This document shows, piece after piece, positions 1 to 12,200 of a stretch of 64,000 nucleotides of DNA. A model generated the notes under the pieces. That model saw nothing but the letters and a program-made list of their open reading frames with translations. It did not search any database and was not told the DNA's origin. How positions within the stretch are numbered: the first letter of the stretch is position 1; every line of letters starts with the position of its first letter. Source of the stretch: Hydrolagus colliei (taxonomy: Eukaryota); NCBI GenBank assembly GCA_035084275.1, contig CM068748.1:4464001-4528000 (forward strand), written 5' to 3'. A program made the position numbers and the translations under genes.

Positions 1-854
1 TTGGATCAGAATCAAGGTTCCAGAGATGATGGACTCGCATATTCTAACTCGCTTTGCTATTCAGAGTCACATTGTACAGTATGTCTCTTCTTTCCTCCTT
101 CTCCTAAAAATGTCAGTATTGGTGTTTGGTTCCATGGATGCAGTTGTCTTGTACTTTGGTGAAGTGACATTTCTTCATGCGGGAACCTGGGTAGTAAGCA
201 CTAACGGGTTGTTCAGTTGTCAACAACCATGTCAACACACAAACGGACCATTGCTGGTTGCTTACCCTTCTCTACATAGATGACCCAGTTTATTTTCTAA
301 TAATTATTGAGCTCAGTTGAATACTTAATTAAAAAAAAAAATTAGTTCATAACTGGAGCTGGTGGTAGAATGGATGATTTAATAAGTAACTGAAATGGCG
401 TATAGAAAGAGATTCTGCTATAAAAGATATACATGCTGTGTGTCTTCTTGTGTAGTCGTCCACTATATTCAACCTGTGTGTTTGCTTCTACAAATATCTG
501 AAACAGAAAATTTATATTTCACCAAAAATAACCAAACCAATGAAAAGTACATTTAAATGTTATTTATTCTGTGAGCACAATGCTGCATCAAAACTAGTGC
601 TGAAACTTCTCACAGAATTGAAGTACTTGCCTCAACCTCGGGATTCTATTGTATGTAAGGGAGTCTCAAGACTACATTATCAAACAGTGGAGAACTCCCT
701 CAGCAAACATTAAATAATGTTATTTGCTACCAAGTCTCCATACTGCAGTCTCAAACTAATTTTCTCAGTCTTCATAGTTCACTTCTTTCTTACAGTTCCT
801 TTATGTCTTTTCATTTGACGCACTCACCATTGAAACTCCTTCCCAATTCTCCAG

Positions 855-899
855 GTTACCCAAATTCTGGTAACTACGGCAACCTTACTGCTGCTGTAA
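855..899 (+). other. Candidate small exon (45 nt; alternative donor gives 855-895)
   Basis: Pyrimidine tract ctccttcccaattctccag| with ctcac branch-like motif upstream; tandem donors gtaagtaagg. Confidence 0.3.
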
Positions 900-1135
900 G
901 TAAGGAATATTTTCCACGATCTTTCCAGGCGTGGATTTGCTATTGGATTAAATTGAAGATTTTTCCCACGTATTGGATTGTTTGTGGTGAAGTACAATTT
1001 GCATACCTATTGAAAGTGAATAATTCTGTTGTTGCAAAGCATTATTTTTCGACTATTTCAAAAGGACGCCTTCAGAGAAATGTATAACTGATGACAGACC
1101 CCCCCACCCCAAACAAAAAGGTCTCTACTTAGGAG

Positions 1136-1204
1136 ACAACAACAACAACAAAATTACATAGGTATAACATTTTTCACATCGGGAGGACGTCCCCAGGCGC
1201 TGAA
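1136..1204 (-). mobile_element. L2 LINE 3' tail remnant
   Basis: Reverse complement of the L2 tail at 25520-25591 (gcgcctggggacgtcctcccgatgtgaaa...(TTG)n). Confidence 0.8.
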
Positions 1205-1853
1205 GTGGTGTCTGAGAATTGAGGGAGCATTATTCAACTCTCCATAGGTTTGTTCAATTTTGAGAATTCATAATTAGTTCCGCCCTCTAATATTAGGCAA
1301 TCAAAGAGATTTGCAATGAAGATTATATTTGCACAAATATGTTAAAACTGACTAAAATTTCGTAGAAATTTGGGAATTTGTTGCACTCCATTCAATTTTT
1401 TTTGATTTAATGAATTTGTAAGTAGCTGCAGCCATCAAAATTGTGTATCTTACCAATAGTTATTGGTCAACAAGTTTAAATCATTACAATTCATCAAATT
1501 AAAATTGTAAGCACATAATTTTGGCTAATCAGTCCTTGAAGGGACTGAAACAAAATTTGCCTTGCCTGAGTCATTGGAACACATTAAGATTGATTGCCCA
1601 GTAGAATGGGATACTTTCTCTCTGCTGGAGTTCATGCAGTGAAGGACATAGACCATGCAGAGTGAGGGACGGGTATATAGGTATTTCTGACATACTTTTA
1701 AAGAATGCAGGACTTGGTTGTACCTAAATAAGCTCTTTATATTTCTGCACACCTCTGGTAAAATCTATTTGAAGGGTTGTTAAAATGGGAACCAATATCA
1801 TCAGAAATGTGTATAGATCTGTTTTCTGTATTCCTAAACCAGTGTGTGGAACC

Positions 1854-1926
1854 CTGACTGTACAGCGCCTTGGGATGTCCGCCTGATGTGGAAGGCGCTA
1901 TACAAATGTAAGTTGGTGTGTATTGT
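1854..1926 (+). mobile_element. L2 LINE 3' tail remnant
   Basis: cagcgccttgggatgtccgcctgatgtggaaggcgctatacaaatgtaagttg matches the L2 tail of the other copies. Confidence 0.8.
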
Positions 1927-2293
1927 ATGAATAATGCTTCCCAATTTGAGCAATTTTAACACCCAATTTTACCCAGTTCTGTTTTAATTCTTTGTACTGA
2001 CGTTTACAATTAGAGATCCAATGCAGGAGAAATTTTGTTTTAATGTATTTGGTGAAAGTGTATAAGCAAGCTCAATCGTATTACACAAAAGCTGTGTTTG
2101 TGGCTTGATTGGAGCAATGTTTTCGTGTTTGTCCCATAGACAGAGTTTCTCTGTGTGTAGTCTGATAATAAATGGCACTGACCTCAGCCTTACACTGTTA
2201 GCTCCTGCTTATTTGAGCTGTTTAATTTTCTTCTAGCCAGCTAAATGTTTAAATATTGCTCTTAAGGGTCATTTAAACATTTGCATTCCGCAG

Positions 2294-2320
2294 GTCCTAA
2301 TGGAATTGTGCAAAAAGATT
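2294..2320 (+). other. Candidate 27-nt exon
   Basis: tttgcattccgcag| ... |gtgagt consensus splice sites; length divisible by 3. Confidence 0.3.
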
Positions 2321-4094
2321 GTGAGTCAAATGTACTCAGAAAAGTTAACCGTGTGGATTTTATGCTGATAATTGTGTGTAATTATATTATAAAGTCCTAA
2401 TGTGCATTAAAAATTGCAGATATATCTGGTTTGCTAAATAAAGTACTTAGAAGCTGGAAAATCATGAGCTAAGGCATGCATAAGTTATGTGGAACAGAAT
2501 TTCCTTCTGGAAACCTCCACTATGAGAGTATCCCACAGGCGATTGATGGCCCCACAGGGTAGAACTTGCTCTATATGATGTCCATGGCATTTCCCTTCAG
2601 AACAACAGCTAACCATTTGGATTTTTTTTGCATGTTTAAATGTTAATGGCCTTACAAATGATCACACAGAAATGTGTGCATAGAGCAGGAGGTGGTGCGA
2701 TTTGTACACACTGGAAAACTTTCATAAATTCTTCAAAAGTAAAATGTTGGGAAAAATTAAGCCTATTTATTACTCATCTATTTGCGTACTAAAATTGTTA
2801 GATTTCGAACTTAAATAAAATTAGTGGATCGTTGACTCTTTGCATTCCTCACATAATGAGAATAGATGCTCTCAGAAATTTGCCTTAAAGTGAAATAGCT
2901 TCTGCGTATGTGTAGCTTATATATCAGTTATATGTTGATTTTAGTCAAACAGATTGAATTGTTTACTAGTTGTTTTTGGGTGGATGGGGTGGGTGGGGGA
3001 ACACAACATAAAATACTAAATAGCAAAGGATATTGTTTGCATAATAATGATTATAAATGGGATTCCATAGTTAGTTATTACAACAAACACGCTTGGAAGC
3101 AAAAGTTTATCCTGCAGGATGTTGTGATGCAATTGTTACGTTATTTTGGCAATAACAGACAAATCTACAGAACCTCTACTGATTTTCTCCTTCCCATGGG
3201 AATCCAGCAAAGAGAGATAAAAATAGTTACAATCTCAAATTACATTTTACTTTTTTTTTAAAAAAGGCTAACTTCCATGTACTTGTGGTTCCCATAAGTT
3301 AACAGGGCTTTTAAAGTTGTGAAATAAATCTAGGTTACTATTTGGCAGTGAGTTACAATGTAGTAATTCATAATGAATCGTCCACTGACGACACTGTGAG
3401 AGAAAAGGGTTCAGTAGGTTCTGAATGCCAGGAGAAGCATTAATCTGCAATATTGTCTTAACCTCACTTCTAAAACTTTTTGATACATTTTGAAATGTAT
3501 ATTAAATACTCCTTTTACAAAAATACTGCGTTGGACATTCTTACTATAACATACATAGAAGAAAAAGCAATAAACATGATATTGTGGCAGAATATTACTA
3601 TTTGATAGTTGGTATATATTTTATATATAAAATTATATAGATACTAATAAACAATGTAATATGGTACTGCAGAATGTGCAGGAGTCTGCGTAGCAGGGGT
3701 TGCAACCTCTATCTCTTGAGTTGAATTTTAATCTTCGTGTGTGACTTTTTTCTGACATAATCCTTTCTCTTTTGTTCCCGAATTTCTATTATCAGCTGCC
3801 GACATATATCTATTTACTCCTATTTTTGGGAATGTATTTTTTTCCCCCCGCCAAGCACAAATTACAACTCTGAACTTAGCTAACCAGCACCAGTCAGAGC
3901 TTCTGTGGAGAGTGACGATACAAATCAAGTTGGTTGTTGAAATGGTGCAGGCAGCTACTCTCAAATTATTTAAAAGCCCTCACCTAACACTGCCCTCAGC
4001 AAAGTTGCCTTTTCGAGAATGTGTTGTATAAAGTTAACAGAAAGAATCCCAGATAGTAAGCCATTACCACATGCAAACTGCATTATATCAACCA

Positions 4095-4360
4095 AGAATA
4101 TTCCCAGGTTCAATTCTTCAATCTCTGGCAAGTGATGGAATTTCGGCTAGAGCAGCAAGGTGGTACAATTGGTTTTGTCCCTCCCTCACCACCATCCACC
4201 TCCTAGTTATGGAGATGAAAAAACCCTACAGATTTCTGATCACTAACCTGTGATTTTCCCGGCGGTCAAATAACCTCCCAATGCTCAGTATTTTGGCTTA
4301 GAAAATGCAACATGAACACCAGAGTGAAGTTAGTGGGGAGGCCATCACCTGCAGGACCAT
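4095..4360 (+). mobile_element. Diverged copy of unnamed SINE-like family (related to 35833-36400)
   Basis: Shares ordered motifs cccaggttcaat, tacaattgg, ctgatcacta, gtcaaata-cct with 35833-36400. Confidence 0.5.
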
Positions 4361-4768
4361 CTGGCCATTGAGCACTGACTTCAGGAGATAGACACAGAAA
4401 AAAAAATGTTGCCCCAGTTTACTGCACAAAGAAGGTTACTGCACTATTTATCATGAAATAGTTATTCAATTTTAAATACAGGACTGTGGAATGAATGTGC
4501 AAATACTTACTTTCAGGTTAATTGGTGTTAACGGAATGCATGGTTACTGAATAATGTGCCTTTTTTAACTCCACAACGTCAATTGTGAGGGAAAGATAAT
4601 GCCAAGTGTTAATAATGCATCCTTTAGCATTTGGCGATAGATGTAAAATCAGTGGTTGGTTCGTATCACACAGATTTCTATCGAGGGAGGTAGGTGGGAA
4701 AACAGTTGGGTTGTTTCTCTGTTGCTGTCTGATCAGCGAGTGTAAATATTTTCTCCATCATTTTGCAG

Positions 4769-4779
4769 TTGGAAGAAGT
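4769..4779 (+). other. Candidate 11-nt microexon
   Basis: ttttctccatcattttgcag|TTGGAAGAAGT|gtaagt; TGCATG motifs at 4537, 4823 and 5037. Confidence 0.25.
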
Positions 4780-5589
4780 GTAAGTTGCTTAGTGGCAGTT
4801 TAGAGCTTGTTTTGGTGAGCTATGCATGACATTCTTGTAAAAGTAGTAATCATACATAGCTCTTATCTTGCATATGTATGCACTTCAAAGTGCTTCCACT
4901 ACTTTTTGACGTTGATCATCTCAACGTCATTTTGTTGTGTTGACCAAATCTCTTGTGAAGTGCAACAAAATGACTTGAAGTGTGGACCAAAGCAATTTGG
5001 GAAGCTGAACACCTGAGAATGATTTTGCCGATATTTTGCATGATAATGGTGCGGATGGTTTGTATCACATTTTGTTTTAGAAGGATAAGTTTGTTTTGAT
5101 AACAAAGGAGGTGGATTTGTCCTATCAGTGGTTCAAAATGTATTTTTGCTACTGCTCAGCATTGCACCTTGGAGATTGTGGCAAAATTCACTGAACATTC
5201 AGTGTAGTGGTAATGGTGGTATTTATCTCTCATCTTAGTTGATGTCTGAAATTAAGAGTTTGTCTTGATCACAATTGACATATTTGACTTTTTAATACAG
5301 CAACACATTGTATGTTTGATCCATATAGATGAAATGTTTCCTTGTTTGCTGAGCCATACTTGTACTTAGACAGTATATTCACCTACATTTAGTGAAGATG
5401 AATAAATATTTGGGTTTGCTTAATTATCTTTTGGGAACCGGGGAGTGTCTCGGCAGAACTTCCTCAGGAGTTGGAGTGGATGGGGCAGATTCCACAATGA
5501 AGAAACTTGCATTTTTCATAGATATCAAAGCATCTTGTAATGATTCAAAGTAATTACCATCAAGTGCAGTGACCGTTTTTGTACCGCAA

Positions 5590-5856
5590 ACACAAGAGCG
5601 ATTTGTGCCCAAGTTTCACAAATAACGATGAGTTGAATGATCAGTTCACCCAGAGGATTGCTGACCAATTCTGGGATTGCTAACTTCTACCTGAACAGGC
5701 CCAGAGTTTAATGTCATAACTCAGTGATGGCATGTTTGATGGTATGGAGCATTCTCCAAGTACTGCATTGAAATTTCAAATTAGACTGTGAGTTCAAGTA
5801 CCTCTATAGTGCTTGAACCCACAACCCTTTGAACCAGTTGAGCCAATCTGACACCC
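5590..5856 (-). mobile_element. Degraded DeuSINE (SacSINE1/AmnSINE1-type)
   Basis: Reverse-strand similarity to 52697-53113 and 41460-41748 (cctgaacaggc, tagactgtgagttcaa, cttgaacccacaacc, ctgacaccc). Confidence 0.6.
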
Positions 5857-7329
5857 AACCCAATAATACGTTGTGCTCTGTCTGTGAACGGAGCAAGCTT
5901 TATTGGCCTATTGATCCTTTCTCCAACCATGCTTTCTCTTGTTCAAACTAAAAACAGATTTCTTAATGTCAGTTCCATGTAGCCAGAGTTAAATGAGACG
6001 TGAAGCATGGAAATACCATCTGATGTATTTGAGAAACTATTCCCATAATGGAAATGTGGTTGCATTGATAGGAAAATGTTGAGTACTGTGGCTGACCCAT
6101 TAATTAAACTGCAGTTACTAATACCTTCACCACCAAGTACACTAAGAGCAGGAGAATATGCACTTCAAAATCACTGTTACTAGGAAGATGGTTTTCCAGT
6201 GATCTTTTTTTAAAAAATTTTTTTTAAAGTTTCTCACCAGCACATTTTCATAGCTTACTAGCAGCTTCAAGTGGTGGAACTCAAATACAACAGTAGCAAA
6301 GTATTAAAATCTCAAAAAAAATGTTGTTGGATTCAAGATCACAGTATCCTTTTCAGGAAAAGTATATAAACCCTCTGGTTTCTCCCTCTCCCTCCCAACA
6401 CAAAATTCAGGTAAGCCACTGAAAATATTGCTCTGTATGTTTTTCTGATGAGAAAAATGTACTAATTGCGTTTTACTAGGCATACCTCCTGCATGGTATA
6501 CTGAAATGACATGTTGCTAAGATCGCATTATATGTTAAGATAAGTCCTCTAAACTTGCTGTTTTTAAATCAAATTGTGAGCATCAATTCTTGACAATTAT
6601 CAAAAATTGTTTCTCAGCAATTGGCAACATAGCCTAGGAGGTCTCTTGTTAAATCCATAGTGGGAGTCACAGGGAATATGCTTAACCTGCAGGTCATCTC
6701 TTAATGTAATTATTAATGATTGATTCTGTTTATCCTTGAAATCGATATGAGAAGCGAAATGGCTTGGAAAGTATTAGGGTTTGATTTCTTTTCTCTCATA
6801 GGAATGATTCTTAGACAAGACTAAAGCTAACTGTGGAGGGGTAAGAAAATCATGGAATTGTAAGGTAGTTTTTAAATAGACATTTATAGTATATGTCTTA
6901 AGTGCGATATTTCCCTAGTGAATGAATGTGACCTAGATCAGTTAAAGATTATGATTTGGTATGGTAACATCTCCTGCCACTAGTAGTTAAGCTGGCATAT
7001 GGAGTAATTGATCTGCCTGTGAATGCTCCAATGTAAAAACAATTCAGGCTATTTGAACTATATTTTACAAGTGTGCATGGGACCTTTGGGACTGTATATT
7101 GAAAAATGTAGTTGTATGGCAATTCCATAGGAACCCAATTAAAACAGATTGGCTCAGTGTTTCCAATTTTTCATTTTACAAAAATGTAATGTACGTCTTT
7201 TTAACACAATTTTATATAGTTTGCAGTACCTTCAATCAGTAACATGATAAGTATTTATTTGAAATTACAAGGCGAATGTCACAGTGCAGCAAAGAGAGAG
7301 GCTTCAGTAGTTACTTAATACCGTACAAA

Positions 7330-7770
7330 TTCCTGCTGAAAGTGTAAAAATGGCAGTGTTCCCTTCACTGGTGCTTTCGTGTGCAAAACAAACGTTAAGG
7401 ATTTTGTTTCCAGGGTACAGTAATTATTTACGTATTGCAGAGGGAGAACAGCGGTTTGCATTTGTTTTCATTAAATATATCGAAGATTTTATGTCAAAGT
7501 TTGAAGAAAACATTTCCGGGGGAAAAAAAGACATTTTTCTTGGCATAAAAAGGGGTTTTACAGCACTGCAGGTGATTTTAATTTTAAAAATTGAACTGTA
7601 TCCAATAAATACTTTGTGCTGGATGACCAGTGCCGGTCATAATAAAATCATTAATTACATGTATTATATGTTTGAGTTCTTCACAGTGTACACAATGCAG
7701 CGTTTGTAAAGATTGATTTTGTGTACTTAATGCTGTTCTCAGGGAAATAATTAAAGATTGTTTTTTTGTC
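7330..7770. promoter_or_regulatory. Candidate conserved non-coding element (enhancer-like)
   Basis: Repeat-free block with dense TAAT/ATTA homeodomain cores (cataataaaatcattaattac, aaataattaaag) inside the MGMT/EBF3 locus; conservation inferred, not measured. Confidence 0.35.
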
Positions 7771-8278
7771 CCCAGTTTTGTTTTTGAAGCCCATGCTATA
7801 ATTATGATTTATATTGAAGATCTCAAACTCACAGCATTAACATTTTTTCTTTTTTTATAAAAACAGAAAGTTTAAGCTTAGTTTAAAAGATTTATAACCA
7901 TATGGAAGCTTTGTCTCTGTTTGTCAGTAACCTACACAAGTTCTGGGTGTAGGTTACCCTGAGAATCCGAATAGTTTGGAGCGTGTGATAAGAGCAGCTC
8001 ATTCTCATCTCATCTGTTGCTTGCAACTCATTACAGATGATAGTTGACCTGTGGAACCCATAGATTCCTGTTTGCTGGCAACAAGTTCCCATTTCTGTTC
8101 TGGCATTTCATGCTTAGACATTAAGAGTCATAATGGCCAATTTGTGTAATCACAGCCTAAATCACTATCATATGTGCACAAAATAGTACAACTGACAGAC
8201 TCGTTTTCAATTGCTTATAAAGGCTCATGCTGCATCTCTTATCTGTTACTAACAGGCTTCTACTTTCTACTTTTACAG

Positions 8279-8326
8279 CAGAAACTGCTTCACGTGGCTA
8301 TAGTGGCAGTGAGACTTCATCAAAAA
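8279..8326 (+). other. Candidate 48-nt exon (NAGNAG alternative start 8282)
   Basis: Perfect TACTAAC branch point at 8247-8253, tract ttctactttctacttttacag|cag, donor AAA|gtgagt. Confidence 0.45.
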
Positions 8327-10499
8327 GTGAGTTCCAATGAAAATATCCTGACATACAAGTATGAATCAAAAAAGCAACAACATTACAAATGAGTTCACAT
8401 ATATAGCAGTATTGTGCTTTTCCCCAGTGTCCAGCAGTCACTGTTTGGTATCTAGTTGACAAGATTGATGCTGCAGTGTAAATCTCTGTAGCGCTGTCAT
8501 GGCTGGTAACAGGCATCAGTGGACCTTTCCCCATCACAAATCTATCTTCAGTTGAATAGAGATTAATAAGATGAAGCTCTGTTCTTCCATATGTTGAGTT
8601 TTACTGCTTCTCACCCCTCCCTGAAAATAAAAGAAAACAAAAATATAATTAGTCTGCACTAGAATCACATCTCTGCATGGCTCTTGATAGAAACCAAGTC
8701 AGTCAGGAACTGTACTTTATTTTAGATATCAGTGAGCCTAAACTGTACTGGGATACTGATGAGAAGGATCCTGTTACTTTTGTGCTTATGTAGCAAGAGA
8801 AATACCTTGATGCACTCATGTATCAAAATCATTTAAACAGAATCGGGTCAGTGTCCTAAAGGACACTCTGCTGTTAATACGTAAAGAAGGGAGAAAAAGA
8901 TTGTATGCTGAAAAAGGCAGTGACACAGTCAGACCATAATATTATCAACCCCATTACATACAAAAAGTTGCGACGAAATTTAAATGTTTTAAGAGTAGAA
9001 TTCTTTTTTAAAAATCCTACTTGAAACCATAATAAATCACTATTTCTACATAACCTTGGATTGAATGAATTCATGCCCCTCACCCACTCCCCTCTCTCTT
9101 AGCCTATGCTGACTAAATCTTTAGCTTCTTTTCTGTAATATGTTGAAAATGATCTACAAGATCTGAAAACGCATACATCAGGTTAATTGTAGATTATGTT
9201 TTATTTGTGAGAGGGTCATATGCATGCCTATCTGTGCAAAATATTTGCTGGTAGAAATAACAGAGTTAAGTAGCTAGATCATTTATGTCTTATGGTAAGT
9301 TAGGTAGCTCTCTCTGCTGATTGCATCACCACCCCCACCCCCCCCACCCCCATCGGTGCAAATCTTGCATTTTTACAAATCAATGCTAATGAGCTGTGCT
9401 ATCTTCAGTATAAATAATATTCCTTGCAGTTGATTTAACACCTTTCATGTCGAGAGGACATCTCCGAGTGTTTCATGGATATAGTGTAAAGTGTTGTGAC
9501 TGTGTAACGTGTTGGCAAATGGGGAAACAGCTCAAACAGCTAAGAGAAGGTTGCTTAAATGGCAGGCTTACCTTTAGGCCTTTTCTGAAAATCCCTTAGA
9601 AAAAAAAATTCTTAGTTTCAATAACTGTTTCTTTATTTTCTGCTGATGTCTGATGATTTTATCCGTGTTGGTGTTAATTTCAAATAGCGATTGCTGGTGA
9701 TATTGGCTTAGAGGAGTTACTGAGTCTGACAGTGCAGGGAGATGAATTAACATTCACGGTTGAAACCACACAATTCTAGTGCCCTGGGTTAATCACCATA
9801 TGTTAATTGCACTCTGTATTTCTTCAAGCACATTTCACTACTGATGTCATCAGTGCTCATTATTTGTACCAAAAAGAAATAAAAGGAATTTCAAGTTCAT
9901 CCAAATTATTTTGTTAAAAATCAATGTTATTTAAAACTAAATACAGTACAGTAATAACTTTCATTCTTTAAGCAAGTTGCCCACAGTGGTGAGAGTGGAA
10001 AAAATGGATCTGACCCAGGCTTTAATAAAGAGCAAAAGATGTATTTGATCAGAATAGGATCAGGAACTTAGAATATACCATGAATCCGATTAAAACTCAG
10101 CAAGATAAGTCAAAGTAGTGAGGTTCAAAAATATAAGGGAATTTATAATAAGGGAGATTGGTGCATTTCACACAAAAGCATGTTATTTCAATTTGCTTTT
10201 TATTGTTTCTCAATTTTTTTTTACCCTGTGGGTGTAACTATTCTGCTACTACAATGCAAGGCATGATTGATGATATTCAATGCTATTAGAAAGTTGCTCT
10301 TCTGATACAATTCCAATATTGTATAGTGTACATGGGGACCTGCTATAGCATATAGTGCTGGTGTTTGTCCAATCTACCCTTCAGTTTCACAAATAAAAGC
10401 ACCTCCTTGGAGGCTCAGCCCACTAAATTTGTTATTTTTATATATTTTTTAACTTTAGTGGTTTAGTCTTATAAACTCAATGATAATTTTCTGCTGCGA

Positions 10500-10970
10500 T
10501 AATGAAATGACAAAGGTAATTGCATACCATATGTATATAGTTGAAAAAAACAATAAAATTAATCCGAATTAGCCTGACTTGTCGATGAGAAGTATTTATG
10601 ATATGTTGCAAAGCAATAACAGAGGTTGATGTCATTATAGTAGGGATGCAAGTTATTGCTTTAATGTAATAGCATTTGAAATTTAAAAAAGAGAGACAAT
10701 GTTATGGTTTGGAGCTGATTGTGTTTTTGAAATTAAGTTGTAGAGGTTCTGATAATTGCCAGCAATAATGCATTGAGAATGCAATATCTTTTATTGTGTT
10801 ATGCCCAATTGCATTATCTTGTATTTGTTGTGTCTCGCGTCAGCTCTGCGGAGTCTGTAGTTAAAGCGGTTATACATTGAGCTTTGTGAAGAATTTACTA
10901 GACAAGGCATGGAAATAATAAAGTTTGTATTAATAAGTAACTCAATATATTTCGGCACATCTATTTCTGT
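10500..10970. promoter_or_regulatory. Candidate conserved non-coding element
   Basis: Repeat-free; SOX-like ATTGT and TAAT motifs; retained CpGs (ctcgcgtcagctctgcgg, aagcggtt) in a CpG-poor background. Confidence 0.35.
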
Positions 10971-11565
10971 TAGTATCTGGTCTCACTCCTGCTCCTCATA
11001 AATCCCAACACTAATATTTAATTTAGTTGTTTATCTAGCACAGACCAGTTTCAGAAGGTACAGATATGCAGCGTTACAATTTGGCTTTTCTCAGATACCA
11101 TCCTCCATATTTGAAGTTGCCCATCAGAATGTAGGGGAATATATCAGAAGTTATTCTACTCTGATTAAAATTACAAGTATGTCAATAAAATGAACGCATG
11201 AATAGCAACGAGAGGAAAATTGGAATTTCAGCTGTATGGTCATTCCAATTGTTTAAATAGAAGCTGCAATTTTCCTAGTACAAGTAGCAAATAATGTTTA
11301 TAGACAACATTGTTGAATAGTAATTAAAGCACTTGACTGCTATTGGAAGCCAATTAAGCCAGAAAATCTATGATTTTCCGCTGTGTTGGAGAGCTACGGA
11401 ACTTGAGGGTATTTAATTGTACAGTAGTCTGTTGAGGCAGTCGCTTCAACTTTTCTATTATGACCAAAAATAAGAAGGGTGATTTCAAAGGAAATGGGTA
11501 GAAAAGGCATGTTACAGTATATTCCATTTTGAAATATTCTATTGTGGTGAAGCAAAGAGCTTCTG

Positions 11566-11583
11566 CTCTCTCTCTCTCTCTCT
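11566..11583 (+). repeat. (CT)n microsatellite
   Basis: ctctctctctctctctct run. Confidence 0.85.
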
Positions 11584-11589
11584 CCACCG

Positions 11590-12200
11590 CACGCTGTCTG
11601 TCACAATTCAGTTCTGGTGAGGAGCTTGTTATGTGGGGAATTGTGATCAAGAGTCTCGGTCCAACCAATGGCTGCACAATGTGATTTAATTTTCAATTCA
11701 GAAATAATCTTTTCACCTGACTTTCACTTTGTTTACATCACACAGCTTGCTTTAATGGGCATTCCAGAATTTCTGATCATTAAACTTTCGCACCAGTGTA
11801 ACTGCACGTTGTTTACTGAAAACAAGGGCATTACAAACCACGCGCATGAACTCTGCAATGCAGTGCTCACTCTGTGACGTATACACTTTAATGACCCTTG
11901 CAATTGGTATGGCACATTTTTTACATGAAATGCAGTTTTCGTCCGCGTGGATGACCTGTCGTTATGAAGTTGTTAACTAATTCACGCTGTCTTGTGTTGA
12001 TTAGTTACTTGAATGTTACCAATGTTGGGCAGCAAGGTGCTACTCATAGGAAATTGCAGCTCATCCTGCGATAATCGGGTTGATTTACCACTGGATTTCT
12101 TAATGGCCATAATGACTGACAAGGGTGCACTTTCCATAAAGCTGCTACAATACTTTTAATTCACTTAAAATCAGCAGGGACCAGAACATTTCCACGTTAA
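11590..12200. promoter_or_regulatory. Candidate conserved non-coding element
   Basis: Repeat-free; FOX-like TGTTTAC twice, SOX-like CACAATG, several TTAATG cores, retained CpGs (cacgcgc, gtccgcgtgg, cgataatcgg). Confidence 0.4.

Noticed and set aside
1-78. Possible exon end at the window start (ACA|gtatgt; two open frames)
   Set aside because: The acceptor is not visible, neither peptide is recognisable, and its phase does not fit the 855-899 candidate.
3191-3202. Perfect EBF palindrome TTCCCATGGGAA (autoregulation idea)
   Set aside because: A single 8-base-specified site is plausible by chance in 64 kb, and there is no cluster.
8055-8075. aacccatagattcc resembling miR-99/100
   Set aside because: Seed mismatch, divergent 3' half and no convincing hairpin.
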